The position numbers were made by a program, and so were the translations under genes. Shown here piece after piece: positions 63,821-64,000 of a stretch of DNA of 64,000 nt. The DNA lies in the NCBI GenBank assembly GCA_965116905.1, contig OZ220732.1:2688001-2752000 (forward strand), read 5' to 3'. Within the stretch, counting starts at the first letter, position 1. Every line of letters starts with the position of its first letter. This DNA comes from Longimicrobiales bacterium. Lineage in GTDB: Bacteria; Gemmatimonadota; Gemmatimonadetes; Longimicrobiales; Gaopeijiaceae. A model generated the notes under the pieces. The model was not told the origin of the DNA and searched no databases. It was given only the letters and a program-made list of their open reading frames with translations.

Positions 63821-64000
63821 CTATCCGGAGAATCTGGCCCGGCGCTTTTCCACGAAGGCCTTGACTCCCTCGCGTCCGTCCGCCGACCCGAAAGCCTCGA
63901 GGAACAGCTCCTTCTCGGCCGCGAGGCCATCCGACAGGTGACGCTCACCGGCTTCGCGCACCGCCTTCTTGACCAGCTGGAGCGTTACCGGGCTCCAGCG
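63821..64000 (-). CDS. enoyl-CoA hydratase/isomerase, C-terminal part (gene starts beyond the window)
   Basis: Manual translation ...SPVTLQLVKKAVREAG...GLAAEKELF...SADGREGVKAFVEKRRARFSG*. Confidence 0.85.
   Translation of the reverse strand, partial: RWSPVTLQLVKKAVREAGERHLSDGLAAEKELFLEAFGSADGREGVKAFVEKRRARFSG

Overview
High-GC bacterial chromosome segment. Gene content and lineage-typical proteins suggest Gemmatimonadota, and the Ig/LRR/metalloprotease and beta-propeller lipoproteins suggest a host- (e.g. sponge-) associated lineage; both are inferences. Layout: (1) 1-14.8 kb, housekeeping: tRNA-Sec, lipid/LPS genes, a 10-gene MrpA-less Mrp Na+/H+ antiporter operon, rfaE2, rdgB, Lnb-like gene. 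(2) 15.0-26.3 kb, accessory region at tRNA-Pro(TGG): a 4.8-kb integrase-less islet bounded by a 42-bp att repeat, an intact brnTA, two complementary brnA half-genes, a second brnTA promoter remnant, two beta-propeller-like lipoproteins and a 1583-aa Ig-LRR-metalloprotease. (3) 26.3-32.6 kb: a heme-copper oxidoreductase cluster with Gln in place of the cross-linked Tyr (eNOR-type NO reductase), an Rrf2 regulator fused in frame to a small membrane subunit, and a divergent cytochrome b-ferredoxin-MvhD fusion. (4) 32.6-47.2 kb, nitrogen/signalling block: amtB, CP-ATP-grasp, alpha-E, transglutaminase and TorF porin; a GlnE homologue with both catalytic motifs degenerate, in an apparent operon with RsbW/RsbV; and a divergent REC-PP2C, periplasmic binding protein and HAMP histidine kinase. 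(5) 47-64 kb, core genes: MATE, murB, acyl-CoA catabolism, RecQ, Rne/Rng, rplU-rpmA, chorismate mutase, SSS transporter, plus a candidate ~370-nt structured, GGA-rich ncRNA with its own promoter and terminator. The best novelty candidates are the pseudo-GlnE partner-switching nitrogen module, the post-rpmA ncRNA and the eNOR accessory fusions. All calls come from manual motif recognition; no searches were run.
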